Part shown: positions 31,019 through 40,493 of the stretch, piece after piece | Numbering within the stretch: the stretch's first letter is position 1 | Layout: each line of letters opens with the position of its first letter | Source: an uncultured cyanobacterium | GTDB lineage: Bacteria; Cyanobacteriota; Cyanobacteriia; Cyanobacteriales; CAWCAG01 | Assembly: GCA_963793425.1 (NCBI GenBank) | Contig: CAWCAG010000005.1 | Span: forward strand, 1,984,001-2,048,000 | Direction: 5' to 3' | Length of the DNA: 64,000 bases | Translations under genes and position numbers: made by a program | Notes under the pieces: model-generated | The model's database searches: none | Seen by the model: the letters and a program-made list of their open reading frames with translations, nothing else | Told to the model about the DNA's origin: nothing

Positions 31019-33535
31019 TTAACTCAAAAATAAACAAGGTTCTGCGATCGCAAATCCTTGAGCATAATTTAGACCTAAAGATTTTATATAAGTTAAAATT
31101 TCTTCATTTTCCACAAATTCAGCGATGATTTCTACTCCCATTGCTTGACCAATATTGCTAATTGCATTGATAATTGATAAATCTATAGGGTTGTTAGCAT
31201 TTTTAATAAAATTACCGTCAATTTTGAGGTAATCTAAGGGTAGATTTTTTAAGTAAGCTAAAGAAGAAAAGCCGCTGCCAAAGTTATCTAAAGAGAAGCG
31301 ACAGCCTAATGATTTGAAATCTCGCATTAATTCTGCTGTTTTACTGAAGTTACTAATAGCAACGGTTTCAGTGATTTCAAAACAAATGGAACGAGGGGGG
31401 ATTTTATACAGAGTAAATTGCTCGTGGAGAAAATCTCTAAATTGTTCGTCGTTGATGCTGGCATTAGAGATATTAATTGTGTAGACAATTTCTTCTTGGG
31501 TTTTAGGGGGCAAACCACTGTTACAAAAAACCTTTATTGGGTCTACAAAAGCTTGAGCCGGGTTTAAAGGAGGGTCTACGGCTAAATAGCTAAAAATGCG
31601 ATGAATGACCCAACAATCGATAGCAGACATCAAATTGTAACGTTCTGCGGCGGGGATAAAAGCCATCGGGGGAACCAGCTTTTCTCCTTCAACTAAACGC
31701 AGAAACAATTCATAATGTTTCTCTTGTTTATCCTTAGTAATTAAAGGGGTAATAGGCTGACAATATAAACAAAAATGATTTTTTGCTAGGGCTTCTGTGA
31801 GGCGAGATAACCAATGTATCTCGGCAACTTGCTGTTCCCCTACTTCTTCATTTACCGGGGCCAAACTAACGCGATTGCGTCCTTGATTTTTGGCGGTATA
31901 ACAAGCTGTATCGGCTGCTTGTAAAACCTGATCTAAACTTTTTGTTTCTGAATTGATGGCCACCAAACCAACACTAACCCCTACAGCAAATACTTTGTCT
32001 TGCCAAGCGAAGCGAAATTCATAAATAGCTGAACATAAAGTATTCGCTAATTCTAAAGCTTTTTCAAGGGGGCATTGATGTAATAAAACTCCGAATTCAT
32101 CCCCTCCCAGGCGTGCCAGAGTATCACTTTTACGTACCTTACTTTGCAACAAAACAGTAACTTGTCGCAACAGCTCATCCCCAGCCGCATGACCACAAGT
32201 ATCATTAACAATTTTGAAGCGATCTAAGTCTAAATAACAAAGAGCGTGTTGATAATTTTTTATGTTGGCATCTTGTAAAGCAACTTCAACCCGGCGACTA
32301 AATTCCCGGCGATTAACTAAACCAGTTAAGGCATCGTGGTTAGCTTGCCAAGACATTTGTTTTGCCATATTGCGCTCTTCTGTGATATCAATAAATACCA
32401 CCACAGCCCCCACAATTTCACCATCCCTGGCTCGAATAGGGGCGCTAGAATCATCTATGGCAAATTCCTGCCCTTGGCGAGAAACTAAAACTAGGTGATG
32501 GTCAGAGTTAACTACTCTTCCTTCTTTAATGGCAATTTCAGCGGGGTTAGCAGCAGGTTGGCGCGTGGTTTCCTCAAAAATGTGACATACTTCCCTCATC
32601 AATTTGCCTTTAGCTTCCTGGAAAGACCAGCCTGTAAGCTTTTGTGCTGCTGGATTAAAAGATTCAATTCTCCCTGCTACATCTGTGGCAATGACAGCAT
32701 CCCCAATGGATGTTAAGGTGACTTGAGCAAGTTCTTTTTCTTGGAAAATAGCTTGTTCTAAGGCCTTGCGTTCGGTAATATCAGTTTGGGAACCAGCGAG
32801 GCGATAAGCTTTGCCGTGGCTATCCCAAATTGCTTGTCCTCGACAAAGCATCCAACGATAACTTTGATCGTGATGTAGAATGCGATGCTCGTTTTCTAGG
32901 TGAGAAGTATCTCCCCTTAAATGATTAACAATGGCGGCTTGTAATTCACCTGAGTCTTGGGGGTGGACACGATTAAACCATTCTTCTGGTTCCTGCCACA
33001 ATTCTTGCTCACTACACCCCAGCATCCTCTTCCAACGGGGAGAAAAGTAGATTTGGTTAGTTTTAAGGTCCCAATCCCAAAGTCCATCCTTAGCACCGCT
33101 TACTGCTAGGGCATATCTTTCTTCGCTGCGTCGTAAGCACTGAAGCATTTGTCCCCGTTCAACAGCGTAACGCAAAGCCCTCATTAAGAAACTGCCCTGA
33201 ATTTCCCCTTTAATTAAATAATCCTGGGCCCCTTCTCTTACTGCTTCTAGGGCGGCTTCTTCATCATTAAGACCGGTTAAGACAACAATAGGGGTTTCTG
33301 GTACAGCTTCATGGGTACGCCGCACTGTTGCTAGTCCCTGTTCATCGGGGAGAGATAAGTCTAATAAAATAATACTAAACTCTTCTTTGGTTAGCTTTTG
33401 TAGGGCTTCTGCAAGGGTTTCGACATGAACCAATTCCCAGTTGACATTGCTTACCTCTTCCAAGTGTTCTTGAAGGAGATCCGCATCAACAAAGTTATCT
33501 TCTACAAGCAGGATTTTTAAGGGTTCTGCAATCAT
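31019..33535 (-). CDS. REC-PAS-PAS-GGDEF-EAL protein (intact GGDEF, degenerate EAL)
   Basis: LLVED/LLDL receiver, RLGGDEF, ELF and DNFGSG in place of EAL and DDFGTG. Confidence 0.92.
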   Translation of the reverse strand: MIAEPLKILLVEDNFVDADLLQEHLEEVSNVNWELVHVETLAEALQKLTKEEFSIILLDLSLPDEQGLATVRRTHEAVPETPIVVLTGLNDEEAALEAVREGAQDYLIKGEIQGSFLMRALRYAVERGQMLQCLRRSEERYALAVSGAKDGLWDWDLKTNQIYFSPRWKRMLGCSEQELWQEPEEWFNRVHPQDSGELQAAIVNHLRGDTSHLENEHRILHHDQSYRWMLCRGQAIWDSHGKAYRLAGSQTDITERKALEQAIFQEKELAQVTLTSIGDAVIATDVAGRIESFNPAAQKLTGWSFQEAKGKLMREVCHIFEETTRQPAANPAEIAIKEGRVVNSDHHLVLVSRQGQEFAIDDSSAPIRARDGEIVGAVVVFIDITEERNMAKQMSWQANHDALTGLVNRREFSRRVEVALQDANIKNYQHALCYLDLDRFKIVNDTCGHAAGDELLRQVTVLLQSKVRKSDTLARLGGDEFGVLLHQCPLEKALELANTLCSAIYEFRFAWQDKVFAVGVSVGLVAINSETKSLDQVLQAADTACYTAKNQGRNRVSLAPVNEEVGEQQVAEIHWLSRLTEALAKNHFCLYCQPITPLITKDKQEKHYELFLRLVEGEKLVPPMAFIPAAERYNLMSAIDCWVIHRIFSYLAVDPPLNPAQAFVDPIKVFCNSGLPPKTQEEIVYTINISNASINDEQFRDFLHEQFTLYKIPPRSICFEITETVAISNFSKTAELMRDFKSLGCRFSLDNFGSGFSSLAYLKNLPLDYLKIDGNFIKNANNPIDLSIINAISNIGQAMGVEIIAEFVENEEILTYIKSLGLNYAQGFAIAEPCLFLS

Positions 33536-33542
33536 ATCATTT

Positions 33543-33983
33543 TTACTGGGAAGGTAATTTCACTACAGATAACCAAAAATCTTCAATTGAATTCACTACC
33601 TCAATGAAACGCTCTAAGTCAACTGGTTTGGTAATATAGCAGTTGCCATGAAGCCTATAGCTTTTGAGAACATCTTCTTCATCAGCAGAAGTTGTCAGGA
33701 TTACCACAGGAATCGTCCTTAATTCAGGATCATTTTTGATTTCTGCGAGTACTTCATGCCCATTTTTTTTAGGCAGGTTTAGGTCTAGTAGGATAACATC
33801 AGGATGCACCTGATTACTGTATTTTCCCTGACGACGTAGAAATTCTAAAGCTTCGACTCCATCCTCTACTATATGAAGACTATTAACCAGATCGCTCTCA
33901 CTAAAAGCTTCCTTGGTTAAATCAGCATCAGTAGGGGAGTCTTCTACCAGAAGAATTTCCCAAGATTCTTTGGGTATTGGCAT
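33543..33983 (-). CDS. Single-domain response regulator (Rcp1-like)
   Basis: [28 protein letters not shown]. Confidence 0.93.
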   Translation of the reverse strand: MPIPKESWEILLVEDSPTDADLTKEAFSESDLVNSLHIVEDGVEALEFLRRQGKYSNQVHPDVILLDLNLPKKNGHEVLAEIKNDPELRTIPVVILTTSADEEDVLKSYRLHGNCYITKPVDLERFIEVVNSIEDFWLSVVKLPSQ

Positions 33984-34006
33984 AAAAGTGTTTTGGTTAA
34001 TTATAA

Positions 34007-35617
34007 TTACATATCTTGCTTAAGAAAAGGAAAAGAAAAGTAAAAAGCGCTACCTTCTCCTAATTTTGAATCTAACCAAATTTTACCTTTATGTCTCTCC
34101 ACAATTTTTTTACAGATAGCTAAACCAATGCCTGTACCGGGATATTTACTACGACTATGGAGGCGCTGAAATATTAAAAAGATGCGTTCGGCGTATTGTG
34201 ATTCGATACCAATACCATGATCTCGGATACAAAAATGCCAAGCTTGAGACTCTTTGGTAGCAAAGACGTGAATGTCAGGGGGTTTGTTGCCACGAAATTT
34301 AAGGGCATTACTAATTAGGTTTTGGAATAGTTGAACTAGTTGAGTTTTATCTCCGGTAATTGTTGGTAAGGTGTCATAGGTTATTTTAGCTTTTGTTTCA
34401 GCGATGGCGACTTTGAGATTAGAGAGGACTTCTTGAACTATATTTTCAGTGGCAACAGGTTGGAAACTTGCTCCTTTTGTCCCTACCCTGGAGTAGTTAA
34501 GCAAATCGTTGACTAGCTGTTGCATTCTTGTGCCACCATCAACAATATTAACAATGTATTTTTCTGCCCTTTCATCTAATTTATCTTTGTATCTTTTGTC
34601 TAATAGTTGAGCATAGCTAGCAACAGCCCTTAAAGGTTCTTGTAAATCGTGGGAAGCTATATAAGCAAACTGTTCTAATTCTTGGTTAGAACGGGCTAAA
34701 TTATTGTTACTTTGTCTGAGGTTTTCTTCTGCTTGTCTACGTTCGGTGATTTCTGCTTGAAGTTCAGCAGTGCGGGTAGAGACTAATTCTTCTAAATGTT
34801 CTTGGTATTGTTGTAAGCGAATTTCCACTTGTTTACGTTCGGTTATATCTATACAACTTCCTAAAATTTGTTTAACTTCACCATGATCATTAAAAGCAAA
34901 AGTTGTATCTCGGCTATAAAGCCAGCGCCATTCTCCACTACGATGAATTGTCCGATATTCAACTTCTAAGCTGTCATCTTTTTTAGTACTGGCTAAGTTT
35001 TGGTGATGTTGATTAAGTTTACTCAGATCATCTGGATGAATTACCTTAGCTAATAATTTGTCTCCCATTTCTTTAATTTCTTGAGGAGAATAACCTAGTA
35101 CATCTCCGATAGCAGAATTACTATAAATATTACGCTTTTCTTCTAAGTCATATATGTAGAGAATAGTGGGGGTGGTATCAGTGATTTGCTTGATTAAATA
35201 CTGACTTTCTTTGAGTTTGGCTTCTACTTCTTCTCGCTCACGAATTTCTTGCTCAAGTTCACTCCAGCTTGGTAAAGATAAAGCTGAGGGAATTAATTTG
35301 ATTAAAACAATAGCTGTGTAAACAGAAACTAAAGCAGTGAAGGCTTTCACCAGACCAGACAACCAATAGTCAGGATGCCAAACTGTCCAAACTTCCATTA
35401 AATGAGTAGTACCGCAAGCCAGAATAAAAGTACTAAATAAAAGAAGTATTCCCTGAAAAGGAGTCTCTTTTCGTTGGCGAATAAAATAAACTAAAAGCAA
35501 GGGAATGGAATAATAAGCTAGGGCAATTAGGAGATCAGAGATAACATGCAAGCTAACAAGATTAGTTTGCCAAAGGTAGCAGTGTCCGTGGGGAACATAG
35601 AAATTAAGCAGAAGCAT
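34007..35617 (-). CDS. Histidine kinase with an ETR1-type ethylene-binding TM domain and PAS
   Basis: [13 protein letters not shown] and [18 protein letters not shown]-box; N, G1, F and G2 boxes. Confidence 0.88.
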   Translation of the reverse strand: MLLLNFYVPHGHCYLWQTNLVSLHVISDLLIALAYYSIPLLLVYFIRQRKETPFQGILLLFSTFILACGTTHLMEVWTVWHPDYWLSGLVKAFTALVSVYTAIVLIKLIPSALSLPSWSELEQEIREREEVEAKLKESQYLIKQITDTTPTILYIYDLEEKRNIYSNSAIGDVLGYSPQEIKEMGDKLLAKVIHPDDLSKLNQHHQNLASTKKDDSLEVEYRTIHRSGEWRWLYSRDTTFAFNDHGEVKQILGSCIDITERKQVEIRLQQYQEHLEELVSTRTAELQAEITERRQAEENLRQSNNNLARSNQELEQFAYIASHDLQEPLRAVASYAQLLDKRYKDKLDERAEKYIVNIVDGGTRMQQLVNDLLNYSRVGTKGASFQPVATENIVQEVLSNLKVAIAETKAKITYDTLPTITGDKTQLVQLFQNLISNALKFRGNKPPDIHVFATKESQAWHFCIRDHGIGIESQYAERIFLIFQRLHSRSKYPGTGIGLAICKKIVERHKGKIWLDSKLGEGSAFYFSFPFLKQDM

Positions 35618-35856
35618 ATAGTTTTGGTTATTGCTGGTTAGTTATTGATGGTAAAGAGAAATAGAAAGAACTTTTTAATTGTTGATTGATTTTGGTTAAC
35701 TCTTCTGTAGGATTAGTAACCAATCTTTCTCAGACTTCATGGTTTTGTTGCTATGTTGAAAGGCAAGCACAGAACGAAACACTTCAGTTTGAATTTGTTG
35801 GTAAAATAATCATCTAAGAATATTAAAAATATTTATTGCTCAAAACTAAAAACCTG

Positions 35857-37026
35857 ATGAATCATCTTAAATCTTCTTTAAGCCCAAGCCTAGCCCCATC
35901 CGTTGATACTATCCTCGAAAAAGCTTTAGGAGGTGAGGATATATCTCCTGAAGCTGGATTATTTTTACTGCAACAACAAGAACCAGCAATATGGGCAAAA
36001 ATTCGCACCACAGCAGATATTCTTCGGCAACAGCAAGCAGGAGAAATAGTCACATACATTATCAATCGCAACATCAACTTTACTAATATCTGTGAACAAC
36101 ATTGTAGCTTCTGTGCCTTTCGCAGAGATGAAGGAGAAGAAGGGGCTTTTTGGTTAGATCAAGAACAAATCCTCACCAAAACTGCTGAGGCAGTAGGGAG
36201 GAAGGCAACAGAGATATGTATGCAAGGGGGCTTACACTTAGGGGCGAAACTTAACGGTGCTTCTTTACCTTACTATCTTCAATTGGTAGAAACGATTAAA
36301 AATAACTTTCCTCAACTACATCTTCATGGCTTTTCTCCCCAAGAAGTACAATTCATCGCCAGGGAAGATCACTTAAGTTACGAAGAAGTAATTACCGCAT
36401 TGCAAAAAGCGGGACTTGGTTCAATGCCAGGGACTGCAGCAGAAGTATTAGATGATGAAGTGCGGCGTATTCTTTGTCCAGAAAAAATTGATACGGCTAC
36501 TTGGTTAGAAATTGTCACCACTGCCCACCGCTTAGGAATGCCTACCACCAGCACCATGCTTGCAGGGCATATTGAAACACCCCAACAGCAAATTACTCAT
36601 TTAACTAAACTGCGATCGCTACAACAAACTGCGGTTAACCAAGGTTATCCTGCTCGTATAAGCGAGTTTATCATCTTACCCTTTGTCGGACAAGAAGCCC
36701 CTAAACCACTACAACACCGTGTAGGTAGGGATCAACCTATTCTTCAAGATAACCTACATTTAACAGCCGTAGCTCGTATCTTTTTGGGCAACTGGATACC
36801 CAACCACCAGCCAAGTTGGGTGAAATTAGGTTTGCAAGGTGCAACAGAAGCCTTGCAATGGGGTTGCAATGACATCGGCGGGACTTTAATGGAAGAGCAT
36901 ATCACAACGATGGCTGGAGCAAAAGGAGGAACCTGCATGGAAGTTGATCAATTGCAAGCAGCCATCACTTCAATAAATCGCCCCCATTGTGAAAGAACAA
37001 CTTTGTATCAATTTGTGACGAGCTAG
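35857..37026 (+). CDS. cofH: FO synthase subunit CofH (radical SAM)
   Basis: [39 protein letters not shown]. Confidence 0.92.
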   Translation: MNHLKSSLSPSLAPSVDTILEKALGGEDISPEAGLFLLQQQEPAIWAKIRTTADILRQQQAGEIVTYIINRNINFTNICEQHCSFCAFRRDEGEEGAFWLDQEQILTKTAEAVGRKATEICMQGGLHLGAKLNGASLPYYLQLVETIKNNFPQLHLHGFSPQEVQFIAREDHLSYEEVITALQKAGLGSMPGTAAEVLDDEVRRILCPEKIDTATWLEIVTTAHRLGMPTTSTMLAGHIETPQQQITHLTKLRSLQQTAVNQGYPARISEFIILPFVGQEAPKPLQHRVGRDQPILQDNLHLTAVARIFLGNWIPNHQPSWVKLGLQGATEALQWGCNDIGGTLMEEHITTMAGAKGGTCMEVDQLQAAITSINRPHCERTTLYQFVTS

Positions 37027-37193
37027 GGAGCTAGGGAGCTGGGGAGAAAACTATTAGCAACTAACCATTAGCAACTAGCCACTAGCCATGATCAATTATT
37101 AAAATTTCCCCCATAACAAATAAACCACTGCTATAATCCCCAGATTGGGTGGGCAATGCCTACAGGCTAAAATTGATAAATAGTAAACGATAA

Positions 37194-38444
37194 ATGATAA
37201 ATGATCTAGAGTGGCAGCAAATTAGTGGGGGTGTCACAGCCCCTAGGGGTTATCAAGCAGCAGGAATTGCAGCAGGGCTTAAACCATCAGGAGCAGAAGA
37301 CTTAGCTTTGATAGTTTCAGAAACCGAGGCGATCGCCGCTGGAGTTTTCACTACCACAGAAGTTAGGGCTGCTTGTGTAGATTATTGTCGCCGACGTTTG
37401 CAAAAAAAAGCTAGTGCCAAAGCAATTTTGTGTAACGCAGGGCAAGCTAATGCTGCTACGGGAGAACAAGGTTGGCAGGATGCAGCCGAAACGGCGGAAC
37501 TTTTAGCCAAGGAGTTGAAAATCTCCCCCGACGCTATCCTCCTCGCTTCCACCGGAGTAATTGGGCAGCGCATGGCTATGGATGCTTTTCGGGCGGGTAT
37601 ACCGAAATTAGTTGCGGCGGCTTCTTCTGATGGGGGAGAGGCGGCAGCTAAAGCTATTGTTACCACAGATTTAGTTACCAAGTCCATTGCCTTAGAAACT
37701 ACCATCGGCGATCGCCCGGTGAGGATAGGAGGTATTTCTAAAGGCTCAGGGATGATTCATCCTAACATGGCAACCATGCTAGCTTTTGTTACCTGTGATG
37801 CCACTGTTTCTACTTCTCTTTGGCAGGAAATGTTAGCCAGGGCAGCAGATAAAAGTTTTAATCAAATCACAGTAGACGGCGATACTAGCACCAATGATAC
37901 CCTCATTGCCTTAGCTAATGGACAGTCTCGCACTGCGGCCATTACGGAAATGGGAGCAAATGCCCAGAAATTGGAAGCAATGTTAACAGCAGTTTGTCAA
38001 CACTTAGCCAAGGCGATCGCACGAGATGGAGAAGGGGCAACTTGTTTAATTGAGGCGCGGGTTTCTGGAGCAGAGGATGATCATGCCGCCCGTCAAGTTG
38101 CTAGAACTATTGTTGGTTCATCTTTGGTTAAATCAGCCATTTTTGGCCGCGATCCTAACTGGGGGAGAATTGCAGCAGCGGCTGGCAGGGCAGGAGTTAC
38201 CTTTAAGCAAGAAAATCTCAAAATACAATTAGGAGATATTTTGTTAATGGAATATGGACAGCCTTTACCCTTTGACAGAGAAGCTGCAAGTAATTATCTA
38301 CGACAAACTGCCGAGGGAAAATACTTGCAGGAAGATACAGTCTTCATTTCTGTATCATTGGGTAATGGTTCGGGTGAAGGAGTAGCTTGGGGCTGTGATT
38401 TAAGCTACGACTACGTGAAGATTAATGCAGAATATACAACTTGA
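37194..38444 (+). CDS. argJ: Bifunctional ornithine acetyltransferase / N-acetylglutamate synthase
   Basis: KGSGMIHPNMATML, DGDTSTND, DPNWGR, YVKINAEYTT. Confidence 0.97.
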   Translation: MINDLEWQQISGGVTAPRGYQAAGIAAGLKPSGAEDLALIVSETEAIAAGVFTTTEVRAACVDYCRRRLQKKASAKAILCNAGQANAATGEQGWQDAAETAELLAKELKISPDAILLASTGVIGQRMAMDAFRAGIPKLVAAASSDGGEAAAKAIVTTDLVTKSIALETTIGDRPVRIGGISKGSGMIHPNMATMLAFVTCDATVSTSLWQEMLARAADKSFNQITVDGDTSTNDTLIALANGQSRTAAITEMGANAQKLEAMLTAVCQHLAKAIARDGEGATCLIEARVSGAEDDHAARQVARTIVGSSLVKSAIFGRDPNWGRIAAAAGRAGVTFKQENLKIQLGDILLMEYGQPLPFDREAASNYLRQTAEGKYLQEDTVFISVSLGNGSGEGVAWGCDLSYDYVKINAEYTT

Positions 38445-38565
38445 AATATAGGGAGATGGGGGAATTTTTAATAATGGCTAGTTGCTAGTTGCTAATTGTT
38501 GTTGGCAGGGAATAGTATTATTACTCTACCTCCCTAGCCCCCCAGCTCCCCAACTCCCCATCTCC

Positions 38566-38721
38566 TTACCAATCCCTCCTATCTGTTGAACCATGGAAAG
38601 GTTCACCGGAAAAAGGTTGTACTCCAATAACAGGATAATAATCATCACTAGGAGAAAATATTCTCGCTATTGCTTCTGAGAGGAATTGACCAACGCTATC
38701 CAATAACTGATAAACTTTCAT
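38566..38721 (-). CDS. atpT: 51-aa micro-protein, AtpTheta/Norf1-like (not in the ORF track)
   Basis: MKVYQLLDSVGQFLSEAIARIFSPSDDYYPVIGVQPFSGEPFHGSTDRRDW; GAGG RBS; family assigned from memory of the SEA.ARIF.P.DD.YP..GVQPF.G motif. Confidence 0.65.
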   Translation of the reverse strand: MKVYQLLDSVGQFLSEAIARIFSPSDDYYPVIGVQPFSGEPFHGSTDRRDW

Positions 38722-38951
38722 AGGAATTGCCTCATTCTGAATCGTAAAATAGCAACTGTCTTCAACAACAAACTTAAGAGAGTTGGTGATAAAATATCTA
38801 ACAGTTTTGAATTTTGCTATTTCTTCTATTGTTAGCAGAGAATCTTCCTTAAGAGTCTACCTGAATTCAGTTTCGCAATACTAATTTGAAAGTCTTATTA
38901 CTAATTACTTATTATTAACAATTGTTGGTTTTTCTTGAGGAAAATATATAG

Positions 38952-39079
38952 TATAGAAATTCCCATACTGCTGAGGTACATTTAGTCTATTTCTATATTT
39001 CCACTCTTCTACGCTTCTACTAGCAAAAGCGCAAAAACCCGCATCTAGATTGTACCTCACGCTTACTAAAATTGCTATA
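38952..39079. mobile_element. 128-bp MITE-like element with bipartite terminal inverted repeats
   Basis: TATAGAAATT-N10-TGAGGTACA ... TGTACCTCA-N10-AATTGCTATA. Confidence 0.6.
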
Positions 39080-39533
39080 TTTTTTTGTTAAGCTTGAAGA
39101 GGCAAAAAAAGTCTTTCAGTTCACATTAGATTGAGTGAACACCAGTAGTATATATACTGGGTTGATCAAGAGGGGCTACAGCAAGCTGGTAATATTACCA
39201 GCCATGATTAATGCTTGAATTTAGACCAAATACTTTGAGCGATCGCAGTGAAATCTCTCCTTTTAGTTAATTAGCTTTGTACTAATTAACTTAGACAGGA
39301 AAAGCAATTGATGACATTGTGCATAACCAAATAAATTAACAACTAGAGGCTCATCAATAACCTCCATTTCGCGATTTCAACTCCTTTGATATAAATGCCA
39401 GTTTGTGAATTTAGCCAAAATGCTTGAAAAGCACCAGGATGATAGTTTCAAAAATAGTTTCAAAATTAACCAAAATCACGGATGTAATAACAAATCTTTG
39501 ATGAAGACAATAGGAGAATAGCTGAGTCGAGCT

Positions 39534-40085
39534 ATGACTGTACCACCGGAACCGATTATGAGCCAAACAATCGCCTTAGCGAGGCCAGGAGTGAAAGCAT
39601 GGAATGAGGCAAAAAAGCTTGATTCTCAACGAAACCTTAACTTTATCGGAGCCAATTTAATCAAAGCTGACTTAAGAGAAGCAAACCTCCAAAGAGCAAA
39701 ATTTGCTGGTGCTAACCTCACAGAAGCAAACCTAATTGGTGCAGACTTAAGAGAGGCCGATTTAACAGGAGCTAATTTATCTTTAGCAACTCTCAAAGGC
39801 ACTCGTTTAAAAAGAGCGGATTTAAAAGCAGCTAATCTCATTGAAGCAAACTTATTAGGCGCTCATTTACGGGAAGCAAACTTAATTGGTGCAAACCTTA
39901 GCCAGGCAAGCCTTATTGGTGCAGATTTCATGGGGGCAGATTTGCGAGGGGCCAATTTATTGGGAGTTAACCTTACAGCATCTCAATTTAGAAATGCTAG
40001 GTTCAAAATGAATCACGGCATTTCTGAACCCATGAAGCGAAAGTTGCTGCAACTAGGAGCTATTTTTGAAGATATCCATAGTTAA
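39534..40085 (+). CDS. Pentapeptide-repeat protein
   Basis: Continuous A(N/D)Lxx repeats, C-terminal GAIF. Confidence 0.9.
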   Translation: MTVPPEPIMSQTIALARPGVKAWNEAKKLDSQRNLNFIGANLIKADLREANLQRAKFAGANLTEANLIGADLREADLTGANLSLATLKGTRLKRADLKAANLIEANLLGAHLREANLIGANLSQASLIGADFMGADLRGANLLGVNLTASQFRNARFKMNHGISEPMKRKLLQLGAIFEDIHS

Positions 40086-40228
40086 TAGTTAGATATGGTT
40101 GTTATGCAGATAATCAAAATCTTTATTATTTCTCAGGTTATAGTTGCCTCTACAAATATGGTTCAAATTTTGAACTAAGAGTGACTATCAACAAAGTATT
40201 CCTAATTTACCAAAACCACAATACTTTT

Positions 40229-40251
40229 ATAGGGACACATTGTGTCCCTAT
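40229..40251. terminator. Palindrome/terminator-like hairpin
   Basis: ATAGGGACACA-t-TGTGTCCCTAT followed by TTT. Confidence 0.5.
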
Positions 40252-40493
40252 TTTAATGTTTGTTTTTGAAAGTAAAAAGCCTTCCTGCAAAGCCAAAATT
40301 CTCGTGCATTGACATCTAAAGCAGCATCGGCTGCAATCTCTTTTAAAGCAACTAATTCCTTTTCCCCTTTTGATAAATCATTTTCACCTAAGCTATGGCA
40401 AGGGCGAAGTGCTAAACTTCTTGAAGATATTCAAACTGGGGTTCAGGTTAAAGAAGTAATGTTTAATGATAAATGATCAATGTTTAATGACCG

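Noticed and set aside
40247..40425. Minus-strand open frame ...LGENDLSKGEKELVALKEIAADAALDVNAREF...
   Set aside because: No usable start after the upstream TGA and no recognisable family; at most a gene fragment.
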